A stretch of DNA of 64,000 bases from contig CAYIFB010000002.1 of assembly GCA_964362665.1 (NCBI GenBank), positions 14,404 to 78,403 of the forward strand. Reading direction: 5' to 3'. Below are positions 18,822 to 27,822 of the stretch, one piece after another. The position numbers and the translations under genes were made by a program. The notes under the pieces are model-generated. The model saw only the letters and a list, made by a program, of their open reading frames with translations, was not told the DNA's origin and did not search any database. Position 1 is the stretch's first letter. The number at the start of each line of letters is the position of its first letter. This DNA is from an uncultured Gammaproteobacteria bacterium. Lineage in GTDB: Bacteria > Patescibacteriota > Microgenomatia > 2-02-FULL-39-11.

Positions 18822-19666
18822 TACAAGCCGGCAAAAGGATTCTGGTATCCGCTTTTACTCGCTTCGCCACTTTTGCTGGCAGAATCAAAAGGGTTTTGTG
18901 AGGAGCTGTTAAATGGATTGACAAAAGTCGGAGTCGCTGAAATAAATGGGTTGATAGCGACAGCTGAGGGAGTGGAAAAAGGATTGCCGATCGTTGGTGA
19001 GACTAAAACCACGTTAGAGGGCGATTGAGAAGGGGTGGTGATAATTGAGACAGGTGGCGTGATTCGAATAACTACATTATTCTCTTTCGACGGAACTATT
19101 TTAAAATATAAAAAAGACCCTCCGAAACCAAGTAAAACCAGAATCAGAATAATTGTAATAAACATGAAAGGAAATCTTTTCGGTTTGATGAAAGCAGTTG
19201 AAGGAGGAGGGTTTTGCGATGGAATATACACTGACTGTTGAGGCGGGTTGGTAATTACCGGAGCAGATTCGTAAACGGGCGGAGGCTCTACAGGTACAGG
19301 CGCCGGAGTTGGATTTATTGGCGTAGGTGGAGGAGTTACCGGTGTCTCAGAAATTAAAGGGGTTATTTTTGGATCTGTAGGATTATTAATACGGACAGCA
19401 GATAAATCATCCATTACAGATGCAGGCAGAGATGAAGAATTAACTGGATTGACTGACGTAGGATTAGCCAGCGAAGGGTTTGATTCTACGGGTTGGTTGG
19501 GAGGGAGAGGAATATTTTCATCAGAGATTGGAGGGATTGTTGGAGGTGTTGGAGATGGAACGGTTGGAAAAGGAGGAGAACTGGGAGGAACGGCCTGATC
19601 ATTTACCGGTTTAACAGGTACAGTTTGATCCTTGACGGGACTGACAGGATTTTGGACAGGATCCAT
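18821..19666 (-). CDS. proline-rich single-pass membrane protein
   Basis: Pro-rich N-terminus, central TM segment, repeated NPF motifs at the C-terminus. Confidence 0.75.
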   Translation of the reverse strand: MDPVQNPVSPVKDQTVPVKPVNDQAVPPSSPPFPTVPSPTPPTIPPISDENIPLPPNQPVESNPSLANPTSVNPVNSSSLPASVMDDLSAVRINNPTDPKITPLISETPVTPPPTPINPTPAPVPVEPPPVYESAPVITNPPQQSVYIPSQNPPPSTAFIKPKRFPFMFITIILILVLLGFGGSFLYFKIVPSKENNVVIRITPPVSIITTPSQSPSNVVLVSPTIGNPFSTPSAVAINPFISATPTFVNPFNSSSQNPFDSASKSGEASKSGYQNPFAGL

Positions 19667-19793
19667 ATTTTTAGGCTAAAGGAAAAAAAAGATTTTGTCA
19701 AGGAAAAAGATAATTATTTGAGATTAACGACCAGGAAATTACGATGTTGACTTCTTATTTACATAACGATATCGTTAATTAGATAATATAAAT

Positions 19794-21518
19794 ATGCTGG
19801 CAACCCTCAATCTCAAAAATAATCAAAATATTTCTTTCACAAGAAACCTCAATCCGCAAGCAATCAGAATAATTTTCTTACTTCTTATTTTCACAGTATT
19901 TATCTTTGGATTAGTTTTTATTGGGGTTAAGTTAAATTCTCAAAAACAGGATACTCGAAGTCTGGCTGCTTTAGATAGCGGAACTTATAATTTAATTTTG
20001 AAACTGACTAGAGACAAAGATACATCTGAGGTAAAAGTAGAAAAAGCGATAATAAATGATGGTTTTATTCCAAAACAGAATTTGACCAATTCAGATAATA
20101 GTGGTGAAGTCTTGGAACAGCTGGTCGATAATAAAATCGTCACCTCCCACAATCTTGTCTTCAATAATTATATTAACGGAGATGATTTTACAAAAAGTAA
20201 TCCGCCGGACAGCCGCCTCAAATTACCTCAACCTGGGGCCTATTTATCTATAAAATATTATCCGGCTTCACAGCTGAAGATCCGGAATAAATTGACCGGC
20301 AAGATACAGAATTTGGATAAATCCCTCATAAATCTCGCCTTTGCCCAAAAGACCGCGATTCCCAAAAAAGAAGTAATCCCGCAAGACGATACCGGCATTT
20401 CCGGTGATGGTTATCTGGATATCGTCTATATCAGCAGTCATTATACTGACTTTAACCAGTTTCACTCGGATGCAGATGCTTTGGCCAATTATCTTTTAGG
20501 TTTATACCCGTTTTCGGCATTTGCCCAAAAGATTAACATTATAAAACTCGACAATACAGAGGATCTTGGGTGCCATTATGACGGGACGATTACCGGTCTT
20601 CTAACCTGCGATTATACCTTAGTGATGAATGTAGCTTCCCAGGTCCCGTATGATACGGTGGTTGTTATTGAAAACAATAATAACTATGGCGGGTCAGGAA
20701 TACTTGGCGCAAATTTAGCCGTAACATACAGGAACGTTAATGAATTGGCCAAACAGACTGCTGCACATGAAATGGGACACTCGTTTGGTTATCTTTTTGA
20801 CGAGTATGATTATGGATATAACTATAATAGTCCCGAACCCCCACCATGGGCGAATTGTTCTTTCCAACCGTGCAAATGGTCAGGTGTTCCGGGAACGGGT
20901 TGCTTTAACGTCTGCGGATACTCTAATTTGTTCAGGCCAACATACAACGATAGTCTTATGCGCACTTTGACACCGGATCACGGGGATAAGTATGGTCCGG
21001 TGAGCGAAGAACAATTATATTCTGTCTTGCAAAGTTATATTCCAACTCTTCCTACCCCGACCAAAATGGTAAGCCCTACTCCAACTGTTAGTCCGACTCC
21101 TTTTCCAATGATTATTGACAATTTAAGTCCGCAGGCAAAAGCCGTTGGCAACTGGATTGAAAGCACCTCATCACCCGGATATTATGCAACTAATTACCAG
21201 CATGATAATAATGAGTCTAAAGGAAGCAAGTCTTTTACATTTACGCCTGTGTTTAAGAGATCCGGGCACTACGCTCTTTATTTGAGGTGGACACAAGATC
21301 CTAATAGGGCATCAAATGTTCCGGTTGATATCATATCTGATGGTGGAACACGTACTTCGACTCTCAATATTGATCAACGTGCAAATGGTGGAGTTTGGCG
21401 GTATATGGGTTATTATTCTTTTATTCCCAACAAAGGGGATCGAATTGTCATAAGGACGAATGGTACGAACGGTTATGTGATTGCTGATGCTGTTTGGACT
21501 ATCTATGTAAGGCCGTAA
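19794..21518 (+). CDS. membrane-anchored M64-like zinc metallopeptidase with C-terminal golvesin/CBM-like domain
   Basis: YGGSG...AHEMGHSFGYLFDEY, FRPTYNDSLMR; C-terminal NRASNVP...DQRANGGVW...VIADAV. Confidence 0.75.
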   Translation: MLATLNLKNNQNISFTRNLNPQAIRIIFLLLIFTVFIFGLVFIGVKLNSQKQDTRSLAALDSGTYNLILKLTRDKDTSEVKVEKAIINDGFIPKQNLTNSDNSGEVLEQLVDNKIVTSHNLVFNNYINGDDFTKSNPPDSRLKLPQPGAYLSIKYYPASQLKIRNKLTGKIQNLDKSLINLAFAQKTAIPKKEVIPQDDTGISGDGYLDIVYISSHYTDFNQFHSDADALANYLLGLYPFSAFAQKINIIKLDNTEDLGCHYDGTITGLLTCDYTLVMNVASQVPYDTVVVIENNNNYGGSGILGANLAVTYRNVNELAKQTAAHEMGHSFGYLFDEYDYGYNYNSPEPPPWANCSFQPCKWSGVPGTGCFNVCGYSNLFRPTYNDSLMRTLTPDHGDKYGPVSEEQLYSVLQSYIPTLPTPTKMVSPTPTVSPTPFPMIIDNLSPQAKAVGNWIESTSSPGYYATNYQHDNNESKGSKSFTFTPVFKRSGHYALYLRWTQDPNRASNVPVDIISDGGTRTSTLNIDQRANGGVWRYMGYYSFIPNKGDRIVIRTNGTNGYVIADAVWTIYVRP

Positions 21519-21522
21519 TTAA

Positions 21523-23484
21523 CTAGCGAACTGTAATGTCATTGCACGACTTGCCAACTATTGTTCCACCCCAATCCGTGAGGACGAAACCTTTCCGTTC
21601 ATGACGGATAATATTTTTCAGAGGTTCTACTGTTAACGGACCATCCAGCCCCTCAAAAATTACGCGGGTTCTTATTACCGTATCGGGATTTACAGATAAG
21701 GACAATTTTTCTTTTTGATTAATTAAATCTTCCGGAAGGAGAGTGACAAAATAATACGGTTTTTCCTGGAGTCTAGGCTGCCAATAGGCAAGAAAATCGG
21801 AAATTTCTTTATCATTAAAACCTATTGAATTGAGAAGTATCTTAAGTTGTTTAGGTAATTCATCTTTTGCAAAAACAAACCCTTCTTTGGGAATAGTGAC
21901 GCCTGTCACATCTGCTTCATAGTAAAGGTAGGGATAAGAGTTAAATAATTGTTTAATCGTTCCGTCGGGGTAGGCTTTGACATTCCACCCACTATTCAAA
22001 TTATAGGAGGGTTTGCTCGAAGTTAATTTGCCCTCTATATTAAGTTTGACGTTAATATCTGTCGGCTTTTCAGGATAAAGATAAATTGCCGGTTTGCAAA
22101 GAGGTGTGGCCCAGGTCCAGAGATTTTCCGAGGCAAATTCCATATTTTTCAATTGCAGCGCCGGAGTCCGGGTTTGGTCGGTGGCTATGGTTTGGTTGGT
22201 GATGGTGTAGTAATAGATTACAGGGTCAGTGCCGGATGCGTCCCTGAAATAAAAAGTTTGTGGAGTATCATAGCTCGAAAAAACTTCATAGGTGACAAAA
22301 ACATTGGTGTCTTTTTGGAAATAAACCGATCCGATTGGCAGGTAACAGGTGACGGCTGATGCCTGCGCTTTGACAGATGACCAACCGGAAAGCGCGGCGG
22401 CTTTTATTCCACCCGGCGGGCAAAGATTGAGATTGGTTTGAGTCTTATTAAACTGCAGGAGATTCGTAATGAACGGGTTAATAGCCAGAGTGGAATTGAT
22501 AAAATACTGGTAACTATTCAATTCATCATCATTGCGGGGTGTAATCTTATTCACTTGAGTCACAAAAAAATCTTTGGCTACAAATGGCTTATTAAGGAAA
22601 GTCGGCGGGAAATTCAATCCCGGAACATCCACGATCGGAGTAAATGTATTTTGTTCCTGACAGTTAAGTATTGCCTGTTGATAAAAATCATAAGTATTCC
22701 AGTCGGGGTCGGAGGTGGGAACGGGAGTCTGTATTTTCTGGTAAAGGTCTTCTGCCATGTAGACATCGGTAAAGTGCGAACAGGCTTTTTCATTCATTGA
22801 TCCGGCATCCCACAAGACCAGACAGTCCTGAACATTAGACGGATCAAAGGCGTCTCTGGCTTTGACCACGTACAAAAACTCACGAAGATTGACATTACTG
22901 CGGTCTCCGGGTCCGCAGTTAGGAGTTTCCGGATTATAGTTACATCCTACATTATGAGTGAAAGGATTCCAATATATTTCCATTTTTTGGCCGTCCTGAT
23001 CTGTGGTTTCCGCAACTTTGCGAAGATCTGCATAACCATTGACATCACAAGTGCCACGCGCGGTATGAGCCCCTTCAATACTTGTCACGTAGCATTTGTC
23101 ACCAGCTATGTTGTAAGGCCCGGCCAGTTCATCTGTCTTACAGCTGCTGATTCTGACATTTTCACGAACTAAAATGTAATTGCGTGTTTCAAGCTGAGTG
23201 CCACTGGTATCTTTCAGAAGCATCTCGCGGCATGAGGAATTGCTATTGAAAAATGGTTTTTCATTGCCGAATTCGCCAGGATTCAACGTAACCCGGTTGT
23301 CTGCCAGATTGACAAAATTATCAGGCCAGGTAAGTGTAAAGCGGATATCGGGACGGGGATTATAGCAAAGGCCGGTGGCGTAGTTGACAGTAGGAGTATT
23401 GTTGGCCGGAGCATAGCTATTCATACCGCTTCCGGCTCCAAAACCAATCAAAGCACTGAACAATGCTGCAATTACCTGCCACAT
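21523..23484 (-). CDS. large secreted/membrane-anchored protein with conserved C-terminal KPAIYLYP domain
   Basis: N-terminal hydrophobic segment; KPAIYLYP...GWNVKAYPDG...YLYYE...DWGG. Confidence 0.7.
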   Translation of the reverse strand: MWQVIAALFSALIGFGAGSGMNSYAPANNTPTVNYATGLCYNPRPDIRFTLTWPDNFVNLADNRVTLNPGEFGNEKPFFNSNSSCREMLLKDTSGTQLETRNYILVRENVRISSCKTDELAGPYNIAGDKCYVTSIEGAHTARGTCDVNGYADLRKVAETTDQDGQKMEIYWNPFTHNVGCNYNPETPNCGPGDRSNVNLREFLYVVKARDAFDPSNVQDCLVLWDAGSMNEKACSHFTDVYMAEDLYQKIQTPVPTSDPDWNTYDFYQQAILNCQEQNTFTPIVDVPGLNFPPTFLNKPFVAKDFFVTQVNKITPRNDDELNSYQYFINSTLAINPFITNLLQFNKTQTNLNLCPPGGIKAAALSGWSSVKAQASAVTCYLPIGSVYFQKDTNVFVTYEVFSSYDTPQTFYFRDASGTDPVIYYYTITNQTIATDQTRTPALQLKNMEFASENLWTWATPLCKPAIYLYPEKPTDINVKLNIEGKLTSSKPSYNLNSGWNVKAYPDGTIKQLFNSYPYLYYEADVTGVTIPKEGFVFAKDELPKQLKILLNSIGFNDKEISDFLAYWQPRLQEKPYYFVTLLPEDLINQKEKLSLSVNPDTVIRTRVIFEGLDGPLTVEPLKNIIRHERKGFVLTDWGGTIVGKSCNDITVR

Positions 23485-23506
23485 ATATTTTCAGTATACA
23501 ACATTA

Positions 23507-24127
23507 TTATAATGATTTTTCAAGTCTTGTTTTACAAAGTTCAAAAACCAGAGGGAAATCCTTATAACCTGCTTCACTATTCATATGTCCGGCAGACAGG
23601 ACCTGAATAGGTGAGCTGTCGAGTTTTTTCGCAAAATCCAGCGGGTACTTTTTGTCTACATAAGGATCGTTATCTGAATAAAGCGCATAGGATATTGGTA
23701 TTAGCCTTTTTAAGCGGGTAAAGTCAAAGTCCGTCCGGTAAAAAGTTTTATTCACCAGATGGACTTGCCAATACTTATCGTCAGGAAGACTGAGGAATGG
23801 GGAGACAAAGATGGCGCTGTCGAGTGGAATATCAAATTTTTCCAAAGCGTGCAAAATAAAAAGAGGGCCGAGCGAATGGCCGATAAAGCAGATTTTGTCA
23901 TTTTGATTAAGTTCGGTTAGAATTTTTTCAAAAGTCTTCAGCCAATGGTCAAGAGTCTGATTGTTGGAAGGAATGTTGGGGCCTTGGCTGGTAATAGTAT
24001 CCCAATCATCGACGGGAAACTGGGGGGTGAAGACTTTTTGCCCTAAAGATGATAGCTTTTCCCCAAGCTCTGGAAACCAATTTTCTTCAGGGTTCCCAAA
24101 GGCGCCGTGAATAATGACGAATTGCAT
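23507..24127 (-). CDS. RBBP9/YdeN-family alpha/beta hydrolase
   Basis: IIHGAFG, NWFP, GHSLG, SDNDPYV, AGHMN. Confidence 0.9.
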   Translation of the reverse strand: MQFVIIHGAFGNPEENWFPELGEKLSSLGQKVFTPQFPVDDWDTITSQGPNIPSNNQTLDHWLKTFEKILTELNQNDKICFIGHSLGPLFILHALEKFDIPLDSAIFVSPFLSLPDDKYWQVHLVNKTFYRTDFDFTRLKRLIPISYALYSDNDPYVDKKYPLDFAKKLDSSPIQVLSAGHMNSEAGYKDFPLVFELCKTRLEKSL

Positions 24128-24190
24128 ATTGAAATTGATTATACCAAAAAATGCTTCTTAAAACCGGGGACGGTTCATTGATATAACCTG

Positions 24191-24219
24191 TTGACAAATT
24201 GTACAAAAAATTGTACACT
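24191..24219 (+). promoter_or_regulatory. sigma70 promoter overlapped by a tandem TGTACA operator
   Basis: TTGACA (24191)-N17-TACACT (24214); TGTACA at 24200 and 24212; ATG 6 nt after the -10. Confidence 0.8.
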
Positions 24220-24225
24220 TAGAAC

Positions 24226-24495
24226 ATGATTAATACTGTTCCTATTTCAGAGGCAAGAAGTATTCTTCCCAAACTCATAGAAGATGCAGACACCCTGTCG
24301 CAAAAAACCCTGATAACAGTGGGAGGAAAGGTAAAGGCGGCAATTGTAAATGCCAGAGATCTTGAACTTTTAGAGGAAACTCTGGAGATATTAAATGATC
24401 CTAAAGCGATGGAGGCCATAAAAAAGGGCAAAAAGGATATTAAAAAAGGAAGCCTTATAGATTGGGAAGAACTTCAAGACGAACTCAATCTCTAA
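24226..24495 (+). CDS. Phd/YefM-family antitoxin
   Basis: TVPISEARSILPKLIE, ITVGGKVKAAIV, LEETLEIL. Confidence 0.9.
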   Translation: MINTVPISEARSILPKLIEDADTLSQKTLITVGGKVKAAIVNARDLELLEETLEILNDPKAMEAIKKGKKDIKKGSLIDWEELQDELNL

Positions 24496-24747
24496 ATGTA
24501 CCAAGTAAAATTCACCCAAACTGCTGTAACTGACCTCAGAAAACTGGATAGAAGATATCAATTATCAGTAAAAAAAGCAATTGACAGATTATCACAGAAT
24601 CCCAAAGTCGGAATGCCCCTGAAAGGAAAATTAAAGGGTTTATGGAAGCTTAGATTTTCCAGATACAGAATCATTTATCAAATAATAGAACAAAAATTGA
24701 TCATCGTGATTTTTGAAGTCAAACACCGAAAAAATGTATATCAATAA
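24496..24747 (+). CDS. RelE/ParE-family toxin
   Basis: YQVKFT...LKGKLKGLWKLRFSRYRIIY...HRKNVY; abuts the antitoxin. Confidence 0.9.
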   Translation: MYQVKFTQTAVTDLRKLDRRYQLSVKKAIDRLSQNPKVGMPLKGKLKGLWKLRFSRYRIIYQIIEQKLIIVIFEVKHRKNVYQ

Positions 24748-24950
24748 AGAATTGTCAGCCTCTAACGTATATATCCCAAGCGTTTAACCCGAATTATATC
24801 GAAAGAAAATCGAAGGAGAGAGGGGAATCAGAACGTATTACTTATTAAAAGTGATATAATTTTTACTTAAGGTGGAGGTGAATAAAAGTAAGGTAATTTT
24901 AAGTTGTACAACTATTGACAACTTCTCAGCTATTAGTTAAACTTTATCAT

Positions 24951-25259
24951 ATGACTATTCTTAATTCCGCTGATTTGAGGAATAATCTTTCTGAAATATT
25001 AGAGCTTGTGGCGTCCAAGAAGAAACCGGTATATATTGGCCGGTTTGGACAACCGAAGGCGGTGCTTATGGATTTAGTGACATATAATTGGCAGAAACAG
25101 GTATTTCAATATCTGCAAAGACTTAATACACTCACCCCGTCTGAAATCGAGACACTCAATATTTTACTTGATGAGAAAACCCGTAATTCTCTTTTACTTG
25201 GCCTGGGTGAGATCAAGAGCGGGGAAGTGGTGAGTCTCTCTGAATTCCTGAAAGAGTAA
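24951..25259 (+). CDS. Phd/YefM-family antitoxin (second pair)
   Basis: NSADLRNNLSEILE, PVYIGRFGQPKAVLM; start set by TTGACA (24915)-N17-TAAACT-N7-ATG. Confidence 0.8.
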   Translation: MTILNSADLRNNLSEILELVASKKKPVYIGRFGQPKAVLMDLVTYNWQKQVFQYLQRLNTLTPSEIETLNILLDEKTRNSLLLGLGEIKSGEVVSLSEFLKE

Positions 25260-25307
25260 ATGCCATGTAAACCCTTCTTACTGAAGGGTTTATACTGATT
25301 CCAAATT

Positions 25308-25613
25308 ATGGTAAAAGAAGTATATCAAGTCTATCTTTCCAAATCCGCTGCAAAAACCGGTAAAAAACAAGGAAAAGCATTTGACATAAAAATAGGCACA
25401 ATTCTTAAACAACTTTCAAAAACCCCCATACCCGGACAGGCAGAAAGATTATCAGGAGAATTTAATTTTCTGTATTCGTACCATTTTACAAACAATGGCA
25501 CTGCATTTCGGCTCTGTTATCAGGTGAGTGAAGAAGCAAAAACGATTACTGTCGTTTTGATTGGGCCTCGAGAGAACTTCTATAAAATCCTCAAACAGAA
25601 GTTGTCTTTTTAA
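25308..25613 (+). CDS. RelE/ParE-family toxin (second pair)
   Basis: YQVYLSKSAAK, LSGEF..LYSYH, FRLCY, IGPRENFY. Confidence 0.8.
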   Translation: MVKEVYQVYLSKSAAKTGKKQGKAFDIKIGTILKQLSKTPIPGQAERLSGEFNFLYSYHFTNNGTAFRLCYQVSEEAKTITVVLIGPRENFYKILKQKLSF

Positions 25614-25687
25614 CTTATAATTCCTGATGTTTGTTTTGAGTGTTTGTTTTGAGTGTAATCGAAGGGGAGGACATTAAGAACGTCTTA

Positions 25688-25778
25688 ATTAATTGACAAT
25701 TTATAATGAAATCGCTACTATTCCGGAATGTTGGAAGCTGTAAATCTAATTTCACTGGATTTGGATGGAGTGGTTACC
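25688..25778 (+). pseudogene. 5' remnant (promoter plus first 17 codons) of a HAD gene paralogous to 29158-29820
   Basis: Aligns to 29118-29208; encodes MLEAVNLISLDLDGVVT. Confidence 0.8.
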
Positions 25779-25789
25779 CTAATGTCTCT

Positions 25790-25946
25790 TTTTTGCTGCA
25801 GAGCCTGGTCTATCAAAAAAACCTGATTGCTTCGCAGAAGCGGCATCGTGTTCTGTGAAAAAAATCCATATTCAGACACTTCATGGCTTGGAGTAAACTC
25901 TCCGCCGATAAATACACCGATATAACATATATCCAGCCAGGAGTCG
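25790..25946 (-). pseudogene. 3' remnant of a NUDIX gene paralogous to 26777-27241
   Basis: Aligns to 26789-26945; encodes CYIGVFIGGEFTPSHEVSEYGFFSQNTMPLLRSNQVFLIDQALQQK. Confidence 0.85.
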
Positions 25947-26024
25947 GCATTTTAGATATAGACCTATAGTGTACAAATCTTCAATTTTAAGATACAATAA
26001 GGTGATTAGCTTGGGAGTAAACTT

Positions 26025-26775
26025 ATGTTTGAACGTTCTTTTGGATCGAATGATGGTTTTTCTAGGTTAAATAAATGGGGAAGGAAGACTCTGGTTGTTG
26101 GTTTAATATATTCTCTCTCACCAGTAGCTCCACTTCCCGTAGCAGAGGTTGTTGATTTAGGTGATGTTCAAATTCCTTTGAGGTATATAGCCGATTGTTC
26201 ACTAAGTCCTCCTCAAGGAGTAGTAGTAAGCTGTTCTGGGTTTCCAACAACTGATGAAAATAAATGGTGGCCAGTACAAGGCCAACCAGTTTTCATGGCC
26301 CATAATACAACTTATGCGAAACCGGGTGATAACCCGCCGAGAGGCAGATTAAACCCGGGTGCTGAGATGATGAATCATACAGGACAGTGTGTGATTTTTG
26401 GGAATCTTGGGGATTTCAAAATTGGGGAGTTTGTAGAAAAATCTAGAGCAACAGCTTGGCTAACAGATGATTACCCCAGAATAATAACTAGCGCAGGAAT
26501 AGCAGTAAAAATTCCACCCGGTGAGCCGGGTAAGGATGCGGTTACGGTCTACGAAGCCCCGCTTACTCCTTGTGAAGAATTGGATACATTAACCACGGGA
26601 GGGGATGTAATGCTCAATGTGGTCAAGACTGGTGATAATTTATCAAAAAATCGCGGGGAGGTATGGGGGGGCGCTCAAACAGTTAACAGACGCTAACAAT
26701 ATAAACATTAATGTTAACGGCAGGGCAATAATTTGGCCTGGTGAGGATTTGATAATTCCGACTCCAACGCCATAA
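26025..26775 (+). pseudogene. membrane-anchored protein with C-terminal LysM domain, frameshifted at an A6 tract
   Basis: The ORF ends at 26696. Removing one A at 26645-26650 gives VVKTGDNLSKIAGRYGGALKQLTDANNI...IIWPGEDLIIP with a stop at 26775. Confidence 0.75.
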
Positions 26776-26776
26776 T

Positions 26777-27241
26777 CTATGATATTCGTTTTTGCTGCAG
26801 AGCCTGGTCTATCAAAAAAACCTGATTGCTTCGAAGAAGCGGCATTGCATCCTCTGAAAAAAAGCCAAACTCAGATACTTCATGGTTTGGAGTAAACTCT
26901 CCGCCGATAAATACTCCGATATAGCACATGTCGAGTCGGGAGCCGATGCGGTCAGTGCGGGTTTTGAGTGATTCATCGACACTGACCACCAGTCCTGATT
27001 CTTCTTTTATTTCCCGCTCAAGCGCCTCAGCAGGATGCTCGCCGGATTTCAAATATCCGCCCGGCAGACTCCAGGAGTGCTGTCTGTAAGTATGTTTAAA
27101 AAGCAAGACTTCGTTTTTCTCGTTAAAAATAATTCCTGTAACCCCGATCAAAAATTGAGTTTGAAAAAAACGCATGAAAAAGAGCTGTAAGCCTTTGGGA
27201 AGGTTCAATAGTTTCCAGACTTTGGCAAAAAATGATTTCAC
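26777..27241 (-). CDS. NUDIX hydrolase
   Basis: Nudix box GGYLKSGEHPAEALEREIKEESGL. Confidence 0.92.
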   Translation of the reverse strand: MKSFFAKVWKLLNLPKGLQLFFMRFFQTQFLIGVTGIIFNEKNEVLLFKHTYRQHSWSLPGGYLKSGEHPAEALEREIKEESGLVVSVDESLKTRTDRIGSRLDMCYIGVFIGGEFTPNHEVSEFGFFSEDAMPLLRSNQVFLIDQALQQKRIS

Positions 27242-27585
27242 AAAGCGTTTTTATCAAGAGGCTCAATAACTGTGGAGTTATTTTTAAGTCTCTCGTTTTC
27301 TATTTCCAGCTGATGGATCCGCTTGGTCAAACCGACGATGTCGCTTTTACCCTTTTTGATTTTATTATCTTTCCCGTGCATGGTAAAGGCGGTAAAAATT
27401 GAATTGAAAAGGAAGATGAGATACGCCAAACCCAGTCCCGTCAAAAGAGAACCAACGATTACATAAAAGAGGGGAATATCAGATAACACGTATGATCCAA
27501 GGTGCAGTGTGACCAATGTCAAATTGTTTTGTGCCAGATACACCATGACTCCGCCGACAACTAAAAATAAGATAAGTATAAGCAT
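27238..27585 (-). CDS. LapA/DUF1049-like membrane protein
   Basis: TM-AQN-VTL...PL-TM followed by a coiled coil. Confidence 0.75.
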   Translation of the reverse strand: MLILILFLVVGGVMVYLAQNNLTLVTLHLGSYVLSDIPLFYVIVGSLLTGLGLAYLIFLFNSIFTAFTMHGKDNKIKKGKSDIVGLTKRIHQLEIENERLKNNSTVIEPLDKNAL

Positions 27586-27651
27586 TGCTAAATAGTATAC
27601 AGACTTAATTGATATTTGACAAGTACTACAAATTATTGTACCTTATGAAGT

Positions 27652-27822
27652 ATGTCAACAATTAAAAAACAACGTATAACCCTCTTTCTTAACCCGTCTA
27701 TTGCTAAGCAGGCTAAAGCTCAAGCTGTGGTGGAGGAACTAAGCTTAACCGCTCTAGTAGAAAAAGCATTGATCAACTATTTACCCAAAGAAACAGTTAT
27801 TAAAAAAACTGTACTTTATTAG
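27652..27822 (+). CDS. small ribbon-helix-helix-like DNA-binding protein (absent from the ORF track)
   Basis: MSTIKKQRITLFLNPSIAKQAKAQAVVEELSLTALVEKALINYLPKETVIKKTVLY; promoter TTGACA (27616)-N17-TACCTT. Confidence 0.75.
   Translation: MSTIKKQRITLFLNPSIAKQAKAQAVVEELSLTALVEKALINYLPKETVIKKTVLY

Noticed and set aside
25790-26945. NUDIX duplicate pair as a DGR template/variable repeat (an Avd-like gene is present at 13505)
   Set aside because: Mismatches involve all four bases rather than only adenines, are mostly synonymous or conservative, and no reverse transcriptase is in the window.
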